The position numbers and the translations under genes were made by a program. 28,608 nt of DNA, from positions 1-28,608 of the IMG/VR virus record IMGVR_UViG_3300048611_000053; one strand, given 5' to 3'. Source of the stretch: a virus. Lineage: Duplodnaviria; Caudoviricetes. Positions 1-7,384 of the stretch are shown here, one piece after another. Each line of letters begins with the position of its first letter. Position 1 is the stretch's first letter. Below the pieces are notes generated by a model. It had not been told where the DNA came from and made no database searches. It worked only from the letters and a program-made list of their open reading frames with translations.

Positions 1-783
1 CTGTGGCGGATCAAGACGAAAGGCTCGGGAACCCTTGAGGCGATCATGGAGGATTACATTGAACACCGCTTGCCGAAGCGCGCCATGTCCACGCAGAAGG
101 AATACGAGCGCGTCATCAGAGCCAGACTGATCCCGACCTTCGGCCACATGCGCCCGGACGACGTGACACAGCAGGACGTCGCGGCTTATCTCGAGTTCAG
201 GGAGACCGAGGAAGGCAACGGCCCTGGAGGCAACCGGGAAATGGCGGTGCTGTCGAGCGTGTTCAACCACGGCATGAGGATCCGGCAGTGCAAGTTCAAC
301 CCGACCTACGGGGTCCGGCGTAACGAGGAAAAGGAGCGCACCCGCTACGTCACCGACGAGGAATTGCGGCAAGCATTGCGGACTGCTGGACCGGCCCTCC
401 GGTACCTCTTGTGGGCCACCTACCTGACCGGCTTCCGGCAAGGCGACCTGCGACGAATTACCAAGGACAAGCTGACACCGGAGGGCATCAAGGTCCGCGA
501 GGGCAAGGGAGGCAAGCACGAGATACGGCTGTGGACAGACAGCCTGCGGAAGGTCGTCCGGCGGGCCTGTGCGCGTTCGAAGTGTGACCTGGTGCTGACC
601 AACAGCTACGGGCGGGCATGGACCAAAGATTCGATCGGCAACGCCATGAGCCGCTTGAAGGAGAAAACCGGAGCCGACTGGCATTTCCACGATTTGCGGG
701 CGAAGGCTGAATCAGACCACGACACCGGGCTCGGACTCATGCGACGGTACACCCGGGCGCGCAAGATCGCCGCGGTGCGATGA
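1..783 (+). CDS. int: Tyrosine recombinase / phage integrase (5' end probably outside the window)
   Basis: Motifs TGFRQGDL (Arg I), GKGGK (Lys), FHDLR (HxxR) and a C-terminal Tyr (MRRY). The frame is open from position 1 upstream of ATG 46. The gene lies next to a tRNA-derived att site. Confidence 0.9.
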   Translation: MWRIKTKGSGTLEAIMEDYIEHRLPKRAMSTQKEYERVIRARLIPTFGHMRPDDVTQQDVAAYLEFRETEEGNGPGGNREMAVLSSVFNHGMRIRQCKFNPTYGVRRNEEKERTRYVTDEELRQALRTAGPALRYLLWATYLTGFRQGDLRRITKDKLTPEGIKVREGKGGKHEIRLWTDSLRKVVRRACARSKCDLVLTNSYGRAWTKDSIGNAMSRLKEKTGADWHFHDLRAKAESDHDTGLGLMRRYTRARKIAAVR

Positions 784-786
784 TGA

Positions 787-960
787 TTCCAATTTCCGTA
801 TTGGCAAAAGTAATAGAAAAAGTGGCGCCCCGGGCCGGACTCGAACCGGCGACAACCAGATTAGGAATCCGTAGGACAGTAGCACAACCGTGCGGGCTGC
901 GGCACCGAAAAATTAGAAGCCATTTCCGAAGGTCGGCCGTAACGACACGTCCAATTAGAA
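787..960. repeat. Candidate integrase arm-type sites (AATTRGAA)
   Basis: AATTAGAA at 911-918 and 953-960, inverted AATTGGAA at 787-794, and a partial AATAGAA at 812-818, flanking the att core. Confidence 0.5.
823..869 (-). mobile_element. attP core: 3' half of a tRNA-Arg(CCT)
   Basis: Minus strand reads GA-TTCCTAA-TCTGG-TTGTC-GCCGG-TTCGAGT-CCGGC-CCGGGGC-G-CCA: anticodon loop, variable loop, perfect T arm, acceptor 3' strand and CCA. No D arm or 5' acceptor strand upstream. About 40 bp from the integrase stop. Confidence 0.9.
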
Positions 961-991
961 CGGGCATCTATGCTGTTTAGGAGTTAACGAA

Positions 992-1372
992 ATGATGGTA
1001 ACGACAAATACCGATGTCACCGCTATTGAGCTGGGCTGTGGCCACACGATCTACCTTAGCGATGATTTTATAGAAGCACGACGGCGCGACCACAAGACGT
1101 GGTATTGCTCAACCTGCGCCAGTCCGCGCCATTGGCCGCAGAAAAGCGACATCGAAATGTTACGCGGCCAGCTCGCCTCAGCGAAGGACATGCTGGACAC
1201 GGTACGGGCCGAAAAGAGCCGGATCGAATACAGCCGGCGCGCCGAGAAGGCCGCAAAGACCCGAATCAAGAACCGGATCGCCAAAGGCGTCTGCCCATGC
1301 TGCAACCGGACGTTCCAGGATTTGCAGCGCCACATGACCACCAAGCATCCCGACTACGCGACCACTGAATAG
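992..1372 (+). CDS. Zinc-finger / coiled-coil protein with a C-terminal C2H2-like finger
   Basis: CGH...CSTC near the N-terminus, a central coiled coil, and CPCCNRTFQDLQRHMTTKHP. SD AGGAG upstream. Confidence 0.75.
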   Translation: MMVTTNTDVTAIELGCGHTIYLSDDFIEARRRDHKTWYCSTCASPRHWPQKSDIEMLRGQLASAKDMLDTVRAEKSRIEYSRRAEKAAKTRIKNRIAKGVCPCCNRTFQDLQRHMTTKHPDYATTE

Positions 1373-1376
1373 TCCT

Positions 1377-1478
1377 ATGAGAGACGAAGGCGAAACATTG
1401 TTCTGGGCTGTGATGGCGCTGTCATTGACGGCCGGCGGCTTCCTCGGTTTCTGGCTGCTGTCGATGTTTGGAGCTTGA
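1377..1478 (+). CDS. 33-aa single-pass membrane peptide
   Basis: MRDEGETLFWAVMALSLTAGGFLGFWLLSMFGA, translated by hand. It fills the gap between two genes. Confidence 0.5.
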   Translation: MRDEGETLFWAVMALSLTAGGFLGFWLLSMFGA

Positions 1479-1520
1479 ACTGTTTAGAGACGCACCAGAT
1501 ATTATTTTGAGGAGAACTAC

Positions 1521-1922
1521 ATGAAGGAATTTGCAGCAGGATTGGCTGTTGTGGCTATCGCTATCGCTTTCTTTGTCGGTAGCATGTTTGGACTGGTCGC
1601 GATGTACCAACCATTCAAAGTGTGGGCCGCTGGTTACACCGTCGAAAAGCAAAGGCTCGTTGGCGAGGCTGAGTTCGTAAGAGCCGAACAGAACCGACGC
1701 ATCCTGGTTGAGCAAGCCAGGGCTGAAATGGATGCGTCAAGGCTGAGAGCCGAAGCCATCCAGATTGTCGGTCAGGCCGCGAAGGACTTCCCGGAATATC
1801 GCTATCAGGAGTTCCTTGGCGCCTTCGGTGAGGCGCTACAAAGCGACGCTGTACACAAGATCATTTTCGTACCTACCGAGGCGAACATTCCGATCACTGA
1901 GGCCGGCCGAACGGTTCAGTAA
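1521..1922 (+). CDS. SPFH/band-7-related membrane protein
   Basis: N-terminal TM helix, Ala/Glu-rich coiled coil (EQARAEMDASRLRAEAI), C-terminal IIFVPTEANIPI. Strong SD GAGGAG. Confidence 0.65.
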   Translation: MKEFAAGLAVVAIAIAFFVGSMFGLVAMYQPFKVWAAGYTVEKQRLVGEAEFVRAEQNRRILVEQARAEMDASRLRAEAIQIVGQAAKDFPEYRYQEFLGAFGEALQSDAVHKIIFVPTEANIPITEAGRTVQ

Positions 1923-1945
1923 CTCCCCACAGAAGGCAGGCAATC

Positions 1946-2164
1946 ATGAGCAAAGAGCCATACATAACCGTCACCGAGGGCATGAGCGGGCACTTCGCTG
2001 TGATGCTCTCCTGGAATCCCGACATGGGCGGATTCTGGGAGCCGTATCAAACAGGCATCGGCCGATACCGCGAGCGGGAAGAAGCTGCCGCGGAGGCTCG
2101 CGAGTGGGCCGAAGCCGATGGTCTAAAGTTCCACGACGAGAACGAGTCCCATACAAACAGGTGA
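1946..2164 (+). CDS. Hypothetical phage protein
   Basis: 72-aa ORF packed in the operon. Confidence 0.65.
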   Translation: MSKEPYITVTEGMSGHFAVMLSWNPDMGGFWEPYQTGIGRYREREEAAAEAREWAEADGLKFHDENESHTNR

Positions 2165-2168
2165 CGAA

Positions 2169-2423
2169 ATGAAAAAGAAGGACGAGAAGATACTGACTTG
2201 CCCGTTCTGCGGCGGAATCAAAGTGAACATCTGCCGCACGAATGCAAATGCCTGCTGGGTCGAGTGCGTCTATTGCTTCGCCCAAACCGACAGCCGCAAG
2301 ACGAGGCGAGGCGCAATCAACGTCTGGAACAAGCGGGTGCGCATCACCTGCGAGGCGTGGATCAACGATGACGACGACAAGGAATTCCAAGAGCGTCTGC
2401 ATGCCGCGGTGACTGCCCAATGA
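2169..2423 (+). CDS. Lar-family (restriction alleviation-like) zinc-ribbon protein
   Basis: CPFCGG...VECVYCFA...AINVWNKR pattern. Confidence 0.7.
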   Translation: MKKKDEKILTCPFCGGIKVNICRTNANACWVECVYCFAQTDSRKTRRGAINVWNKRVRITCEAWINDDDDKEFQERLHAAVTAQ

Positions 2424-2617
2424 CGACTCAAACAGTTGAGCCAGCATGGCTCCAGCACCAGCGAACGAAACGGCGTCATGTCTGGAAGGTGATGTCAGAG
2501 GGATACCTGAACCTACCTGTCAAATCACGCTGCGGCTATCGCACGACCATCGGAATGCTCAGTCATTCTGACGAGCCCAAGTGCAGGCGGTGCCTGAAAC
2601 TGCTCGGGACCAAGTAA
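2420..2617 (+). CDS. Hypothetical Cys/His metal-binding protein
   Basis: H...SRCG...KCRRCLK. ATGA overlap with the upstream gene. Confidence 0.6.
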   Translation: MTTQTVEPAWLQHQRTKRRHVWKVMSEGYLNLPVKSRCGYRTTIGMLSHSDEPKCRRCLKLLGTK

Positions 2618-2631
2618 GGGGAGGTGAGATT

Positions 2632-2811
2632 GTGAAAAGACAACTGACAATCGAAGTAAAGGACGCTAAGGAATTCGAGGCTATCAAGCGCGTCCTGGAT
2701 GACCCGGAAGCCCGCGCCCTGGTAACGATCATCGGAATAATGATGCCTTACGACAAGCGAAAGCAGCAGGCGATTATGACCGCCGTGACGGCCCTGGAAG
2801 CCGTGCGCTGA
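2632..2811 (+). CDS. Hypothetical protein
   Basis: GTG start after a strong SD (GGAGGTGA). Confidence 0.6.
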   Translation: MKRQLTIEVKDAKEFEAIKRVLDDPEARALVTIIGIMMPYDKRKQQAIMTAVTALEAVR

Positions 2812-2827
2812 CCAGTTAGGAGACGCA

Positions 2828-2971
2828 ATGTTTATGCAACGACTCCAGAATAGCCCGCTCACCCGCTGGCTGTGGCAGATGTACCAGCACGACGAGACCG
2901 GGCGCGTAGTCCTGCGTCCGCTGTGGAATCCGCCTGGTCGCCGCTGGCAACACGTCCGGTGGCGCAACTGA
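2828..2971 (+). CDS. 47-aa Trp/Arg-rich hypothetical protein
   Basis: MFMQRLQNSPLTRWLWQMYQHDETGRVV..., with SD AGGAG. Translated by hand. Confidence 0.55.
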   Translation: MFMQRLQNSPLTRWLWQMYQHDETGRVVLRPLWNPPGRRWQHVRWRN

Positions 2972-2988
2972 TTATTGAGAGACTCGCT

Positions 2989-3405
2989 ATGAATAGAGCG
3001 TGGAAAGTCGGAGACCGGTTTCAATTTGTCTGGGGCGAAAAGGGACTCGTCCAGGGCGCCACCGGCACCGATAACTGGATCATCGGCAGCTATGGAACGA
3101 TATTGAGATTGGATGCGCTGCGGGCGGGATGGCTCACGGTTTCCTCTGATTTGATGCCCTACCATCGCGTCGATATGTGGGGCGGCTGGGGTGTGCATCC
3201 GAGCTGGATCAAACCGATTGACCAAGAGCGTCACGAGGGCACTTGGGAGACGTGCGTATTCCAGCCTAAAGAAATGGATGAAGCCGTGGAATCTCGCTTG
3301 TTAGCGGGTAGGTCACGGCACAGCTCGGCCGAAAAACTGCCGAGGGTGCGAGGCCGGCTACACGCCTACGTGGGGCGCGACGCACAACCTATGACTGATT
3401 GTTGA
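2989..3405 (+). CDS. Hypothetical protein (KOW/SH3-like KVGDR start)
   Basis: MNRAWKVGDRF. The last ~40 codons overlap a multi-hairpin region. Confidence 0.55.
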   Translation: MNRAWKVGDRFQFVWGEKGLVQGATGTDNWIIGSYGTILRLDALRAGWLTVSSDLMPYHRVDMWGGWGVHPSWIKPIDQERHEGTWETCVFQPKEMDEAVESRLLAGRSRHSSAEKLPRVRGRLHAYVGRDAQPMTDC

Positions 3406-3414
3406 GGACACGAA

Positions 3415-3615
3415 ATGAACGTAAGGAAACACCTGAAATGCTTCGCCTTGTTCGTCGGCATTGTGATTGGCGCACTTGTTCTGGGCGTCGGTATGGTTCT
3501 TGGCATGGAGCTGCTTAAAAGCGCCGTTGGCCTTGGATGGTCATTGGTCATACTCGGTGGTCCCTTGCTGGCCGGATTCGCGTGGTTCACGCACGACATC
3601 TGCAAAGACTGGTAG
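3415..3615 (+). CDS. Small protein with two TM helices
   Basis: Two hydrophobic stretches; SD GAGG. Confidence 0.6.
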   Translation: MNVRKHLKCFALFVGIVIGALVLGVGMVLGMELLKSAVGLGWSLVILGGPLLAGFAWFTHDICKDW

Positions 3616-3637
3616 CTGTTTTGAGAGGGCAGTGATT

Positions 3638-3892
3638 ATGGTTGACCGTGTAGGTGACGATCACAGTGATGAAGCCGAGAAGGGTTATGCGCATCATCGC
3701 CGCTTAGGGGTGATTCTGTGGGTGATCGTCCTTGGATTGTTTGCCGCTTTGTATTTGTCGAGAGAAGTAGAAACAATGTCGGAGTGCAGGGAAAATTCGT
3801 CGTACCTGGAGGGGTCGCACCCCTTGATGTCCGGGATCGCGTCCGGGCCTCCGGCTCCATTTTCGAATCACACGGCGCAGCGTGACCTATGA
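3638..3892 (+). CDS. Small single-TM protein; its 3' half overlaps the tRNA-like element
   Basis: TM segment LGVILWVIVLGLFAALYL. Confidence 0.45.
   Translation: MVDRVGDDHSDEAEKGYAHHRRLGVILWVIVLGLFAALYLSREVETMSECRENSSYLEGSHPLMSGIASGPPAPFSNHTAQRDL
3778..3859 (+). ncRNA. Non-canonical tRNA-like cloverleaf ending in CCA
   Basis: Acceptor GTCGGAG/CTCCGGC plus T-CCA, D-like stem CAGG/CCTG, anticodon-like stem (G)AGGGG/CCCCT(T), T-like stem GTCCGG/CCGGGC. Confidence 0.55.
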
Positions 3893-4086
3893 CTCCAGAA
3901 GCCAAACAGATGCTCGTCCGCATCCTCGATAACGGGGAGACGTGGCCAGACTTACCGTTCGGGCGCGAACTGATGCAGCTCGGCTACGTCGAGCTGGTCA
4001 CGCCGAAGGCCCCGTATCTTCCATATGCGCAACTAACCCGTGTCGGCTATCGCAAGGCAATGGCGTTAAGGGCCGTGCTCGAATGA
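3889..4086 (+). CDS. Small winged-helix-like hypothetical protein
   Basis: ELMQLGYVE...AQLTRVGY resembles the wing of a winged helix. Confidence 0.55.
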   Translation: MTPEAKQMLVRILDNGETWPDLPFGRELMQLGYVELVTPKAPYLPYAQLTRVGYRKAMALRAVLE

Positions 4087-4448
4087 ATCCCGCACCGAAG
4101 CGTATTCAGCGCAAGCGCACGAAGGGCTGGCGGATGCCGGAGGGCGCGGTGTACGTGGGCCGGCCGAGCCGGTATGGCAACCCGTGGAGGATTCGCCACA
4201 TCGGTCCCTTCGGGAAGATGTTTGGCAGCCATTGGCTAGTGCAGGACACAACGCGCAACTGGTACCCGTCCAGCGAGAAGGTAGCGCGGCGCTTCGCGGT
4301 TCGGATGTTTCGGAGGTGGCTGCGCGACAACGAGTTTGCCAGACGTCTCATCCGACTGGACGAGCTACGTGGCCTGGATCTGGTGTGCTGGTGCCGGCTT
4401 GATGCCGTTTGTCACGGCGACGTGCTGCTCGAGCTGGCGAATGCGTGA
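4083..4448 (+). CDS. DUF4326 domain protein
   Basis: RIQRKRTKGWRMPEGAVYVGRPSRYGNPW...LRGLDLVCWC...CHGDVLLELAN. Confidence 0.85.
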   Translation: MNPAPKRIQRKRTKGWRMPEGAVYVGRPSRYGNPWRIRHIGPFGKMFGSHWLVQDTTRNWYPSSEKVARRFAVRMFRRWLRDNEFARRLIRLDELRGLDLVCWCRLDAVCHGDVLLELANA

Positions 4449-4500
4449 CCTACTGAGGAACTGATTCTGTAGTAAAATTAAGGTTTTACCGGAGAACAAC

Positions 4501-4857
4501 ATGAAACAGATGCGACAAGGCTTGCGCAAAATAGCGAAGTTCGGCCCGAAGCCGGAGCCAGACAATTCGCCCGTTGACGAGGAACTGATGGCGTCCGCGA
4601 TTGCGCCGGCACCAGAACGCAAGCCTGGGCCGAAATCGCTACCGAAAGAACAGGCTGTACAACCGTTGCTGGCAGCCACCTTTCGCGCACCCTACGATTC
4701 CTACGTGTCGCCCCAGGATGGCACTACGGCTCGCTGCGAGACTGGCGCTCAGGTACTCAAGGATGCGCACGGCAACGAGGCGCACATGAGCGGAATGGCC
4801 AGATCGCGACCGTGGCAGCGGATGCGACGCTGGCTGCACAACAATTTCGGAGCCTGA
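4501..4857 (+). CDS. Hypothetical Pro-rich protein
   Basis: 118-aa ORF with SD GGAG. Confidence 0.55.
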   Translation: MKQMRQGLRKIAKFGPKPEPDNSPVDEELMASAIAPAPERKPGPKSLPKEQAVQPLLAATFRAPYDSYVSPQDGTTARCETGAQVLKDAHGNEAHMSGMARSRPWQRMRRWLHNNFGA

Positions 4858-4859
4858 TT

Positions 4860-5039
4860 ATGGTGGACAAGGTACTTACTTGTAGGAAGATGGTTTTCGA
4901 TACTAGGGATTACCCAGCAGAGCCGTGTGGCAGAAAAGCCAAGTACATCATCCGACAAACGAATGGAGACTTGCCGGTCTGCGCGAGGCACGCCACTTGG
5001 TTTAAGAAGCGCAATCAACCATACAGAGTAGTTTCCTGA
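4860..5039 (+). CDS. Small Cys/His hypothetical protein
   Basis: C...PCGRKA...VCARH pattern. Confidence 0.5.
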   Translation: MVDKVLTCRKMVFDTRDYPAEPCGRKAKYIIRQTNGDLPVCARHATWFKKRNQPYRVVS

Positions 5040-5040
5040 C

Positions 5041-5178
5041 ATGGACAAGTTTCGCGACGACCTGAAAGCAGCATTCAAAGATGCGTTCCGAGATCCTGCG
5101 ATTGTGTTCTTTATTGGGTTCTTTGCCGGTGGATTTTCGGTCTTGTTATTGCTTGAGAGTCTGGCGTACTGGGACTAG
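5041..5178 (+). CDS. 45-aa single-TM peptide
   Basis: MDKFRDDLKAAFKDAFRDPAIVFFIGFFAGGFSVLLLLESLAYWD, translated by hand. Confidence 0.5.
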   Translation: MDKFRDDLKAAFKDAFRDPAIVFFIGFFAGGFSVLLLLESLAYWD

Positions 5179-5186
5179 CGCAGACG

Positions 5187-5300
5187 ATGGACACGCCAAT
5201 GCTCAAGGTTATGATTTGCCCGAAGTGCGGACAGCATTATTGGAACTTTGTTTTCTTTCTTATGCAACATCGGTGCGCGTCTACAGGGAGCAGTGAGTGA
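5187..5300 (+). CDS. 37-aa CxxC peptide
   Basis: MDTPMLKVMICPKCGQHYW...HRC. GTGA overlap with the next gene. Confidence 0.4.
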   Translation: MDTPMLKVMICPKCGQHYWNFVFFLMQHRCASTGSSE

Positions 5301-5701
5301 AAGGACTTCGGGAAAAACTGGAAGCCGCGCTAGCGAAGCCACAGCCGGACCCCGACATGATGGGTGACATCCGCTGCTTCGACCCGTGGGAAGACGTGAT
5401 TCAGGGCATCTACGGCAATTACAACAGCGAGTGCGACGACCTGATGATCGAGGCTCTAAAGGCGGTGCGGGATAAGGCAACTTTTGAGTTCATCAAAGAA
5501 CGTGGCTTCGTGGCCGAGTTCGCCTTGTACGTACTGGCTGGCCATCAACTCACGGATTACGGAACGTCGCCCCGCGGCGGCTGGCCGGACTTTGACATCG
5601 AGGATCTATGGCAGCCACTTATCGACAAGTGGGAAGCCCACGCGAAGCTCAATTGGGGTGAAGATTGGAACGAGTCGAAAGGAGGGAGTGGAAGTGAGTA
5701 A
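5297..5701 (+). CDS. Hypothetical protein
   Basis: 134-aa globular-looking ORF containing TDYGTSPRGGW. Confidence 0.65.
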   Translation: MKGLREKLEAALAKPQPDPDMMGDIRCFDPWEDVIQGIYGNYNSECDDLMIEALKAVRDKATFEFIKERGFVAEFALYVLAGHQLTDYGTSPRGGWPDFDIEDLWQPLIDKWEAHAKLNWGEDWNESKGGSGSE

Positions 5702-6017
5702 AGAAGTGTCCGAGGCAATCGACGTACTACACGCCGCTGGGCGCTCAGGCTTGGCAATGGCTGTCTACGACGAGATCGAGCGTCTTGAGGTGCGGCTCGA
5801 AGTTTATGACGCCTCTGGCGAGATCAGGCTATCTGAAGACTGCGATGGGATCGCCTGCCGTGACGAGACGATCCGCATACTGGATGAGCAGCGTGATAAG
5901 TTGCTGGCCAAGGTCCGTAAGTACGAGAAATGGTTCAGTGACCACGCCACCGTACTCGCCACGCACGGCATTGGCGGCTTTGAGTTCGAGACGACTGGAG
6001 ACAGTGATGGCGCTTAG
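5694..6017 (+). CDS. Hypothetical coiled-coil protein
   Basis: GTG start after GGAGG, overlapping the previous stop. Confidence 0.6.
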   Translation: MSKEVSEAIDVLHAAGRSGLAMAVYDEIERLEVRLEVYDASGEIRLSEDCDGIACRDETIRILDEQRDKLLAKVRKYEKWFSDHATVLATHGIGGFEFETTGDSDGA

Positions 6018-6348
6018 AAACTCAGAATACGCGCAACTGATGTACACGCAGCTCGTGGCTGAGTGCGAAAGGATGTCTGCCGAGATCGAGCGCCTGCGGG
6101 CGGCTCTGGAGCATATCTCCGCGCACTTCGGCTCCGCAGAGCAATGCCGGGAAATCGCGCAACAGGCACTCCAGACAAAGGACACGCACAGTTCCAGCAC
6201 CAGCACTTTCGGCGAGCCGGAAGACCAACAAGAGACGGAACAGTGGGAGTCGGAGAAGGCAACCTGCAAACACCACGGATGGCCGCCAGGCTGGAAGTGT
6301 ATAGAGTGCGGTGAAATAGTTCCCGAGTTGGAGAAGGTCTCGAAATGA
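6007..6348 (+). CDS. Hypothetical protein (coiled coil plus C-terminal zinc-ribbon-like motif)
   Basis: AEIERLRAALE coil and CKHH...CIECG. Confidence 0.6.
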   Translation: MALRNSEYAQLMYTQLVAECERMSAEIERLRAALEHISAHFGSAEQCREIAQQALQTKDTHSSSTSTFGEPEDQQETEQWESEKATCKHHGWPPGWKCIECGEIVPELEKVSK

Positions 6349-6626
6349 ACAGACGTGAGTTTTTCAAGTCACTTATGGCAGCAGCCGCAATCGCCGCCGT
6401 ACCGTTCCAGTGGGCTTACAGCAAGGTTGCTCACAGGCTGTACGGTGACGGTATCACGGACGATACAGAGGCCCTTCAGGCGCTATTGGATGGCCAGCCA
6501 GTTCTTATGCCTGACGGCCGCACGGTGCAACAGCTAGGAAGCCCGACGCGCCAGCCGGGTCCGCCGTATCTGCAACCTGGCACCTACAAGGTCACCAAAA
6601 TATTAACTCCCGGTAATAGGGAGTAA
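6345..6626 (+). CDS. Twin-arginine signal mini-protein with a beta-helix cap motif (GDGxTDDT)
   Basis: MNRREFFK plus hydrophobic h-region, then YGDGITDDTEALQA...PGTYKVT. Confidence 0.7.
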   Translation: MNRREFFKSLMAAAAIAAVPFQWAYSKVAHRLYGDGITDDTEALQALLDGQPVLMPDGRTVQQLGSPTRQPGPPYLQPGTYKVTKILTPGNRE

Positions 6627-6628
6627 CC

Positions 6629-6991
6629 ATGGAAAGCCCGGTGCTTGCAAACCTCAAAGAGAAACAGGTCGAACGTCAGGTCATAACGGCCCTGCAAAAG
6701 CTGATTATTGACCTGCCACTTGATGACCTGCTGCAGTTCCTGCACCGGCTACATATTCGGTTCACATTGACGACCACCGACAAGGGGCAATACTGCTGTC
6801 GGGTCTACAAACAGTACAAGGAGGACGGCGATATCGTCACATGGCAGGACTACAAGCGCGGCGGGAAATCACCCCAGGCAGCTCTAAGGAACGCCATAGC
6901 CGTATTTCTGGCCTGCGAGGAAGGCGACTATCACGAGTTCATCAATGATGACTGGTGCGGCAAGGAGGGGATGGAGTCACGCCGTGAGTAA
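6629..6991 (+). CDS. Hypothetical protein, last + strand gene of the cluster
   Basis: 120-aa ORF with SD GGAG, converging on the late operon. Confidence 0.65.
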   Translation: MESPVLANLKEKQVERQVITALQKLIIDLPLDDLLQFLHRLHIRFTLTTTDKGQYCCRVYKQYKEDGDIVTWQDYKRGGKSPQAALRNAIAVFLACEEGDYHEFINDDWCGKEGMESRRE

Positions 6992-7014
6992 ATTCACTGT
7001 AGAGAGTAGACCCT

Positions 7015-7383
7015 TTACTTCCGGATAATCTCGTCTTTCCACCGTTCCATTCTGGCAACGATCCGCTCGATCTTCTCGTCGTATACTTCTTCGATGCTTT
7101 TCATCTTCTCGTTGCTGAATTTGTGCCATTCATTGCGGTAACGTTCGTTCTCGGCCTCCAGCTTGGCTATGCGAAATTCGTGGTTGGACATCTGTTTGAT
7201 GTCCTTGGCGTGACTGTTCTGACGTTTCTCAGTGGTCTGTCGCCATTCGTTTCTGGAAAGGTTCCTTTCCTCGTCCATTGCGAGGAATCGCTCGAATCGA
7301 TTTCGTAATGTCAGCCAGGCTGTACCAGCACCACTGATTGCGCCGACCATTAGAGCCGCTGCCATTTGCAGAAAGGTTTCCAC
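7015..7383 (-). CDS. N-terminal TM plus coiled-coil protein (lysis-region accessory)
   Basis: TM segment AAALMVGAISGAGTAWL followed by a charged coil. Confidence 0.6.
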   Translation of the reverse strand: METFLQMAAALMVGAISGAGTAWLTLRNRFERFLAMDEERNLSRNEWRQTTEKRQNSHAKDIKQMSNHEFRIAKLEAENERYRNEWHKFSNEKMKSIEEVYDEKIERIVARMERWKDEIIRK

Positions 7384-7384
7384 A

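Noticed and set aside
823-900. Complete functional tRNA-Arg gene
   Set aside because: There is no D arm or 5' acceptor strand (GCCCCGG) upstream of the anticodon arm. It is only the 3' half, consistent with attP.
780-980. 66-aa + strand ORF and 76-aa - strand ORF (737-967) over the att site
   Set aside because: These are translations of the tRNA fragment (VAPRAGLEPAT is a typical antisense-tRNA artefact).
3311-3385. c-di-GMP-I (GEMM) riboswitch or hammerhead ribozyme
   Set aside because: Only a superficial GGCACA...GAAA resemblance. The GACGCAAAGC segment and the CTGATGA core are absent.
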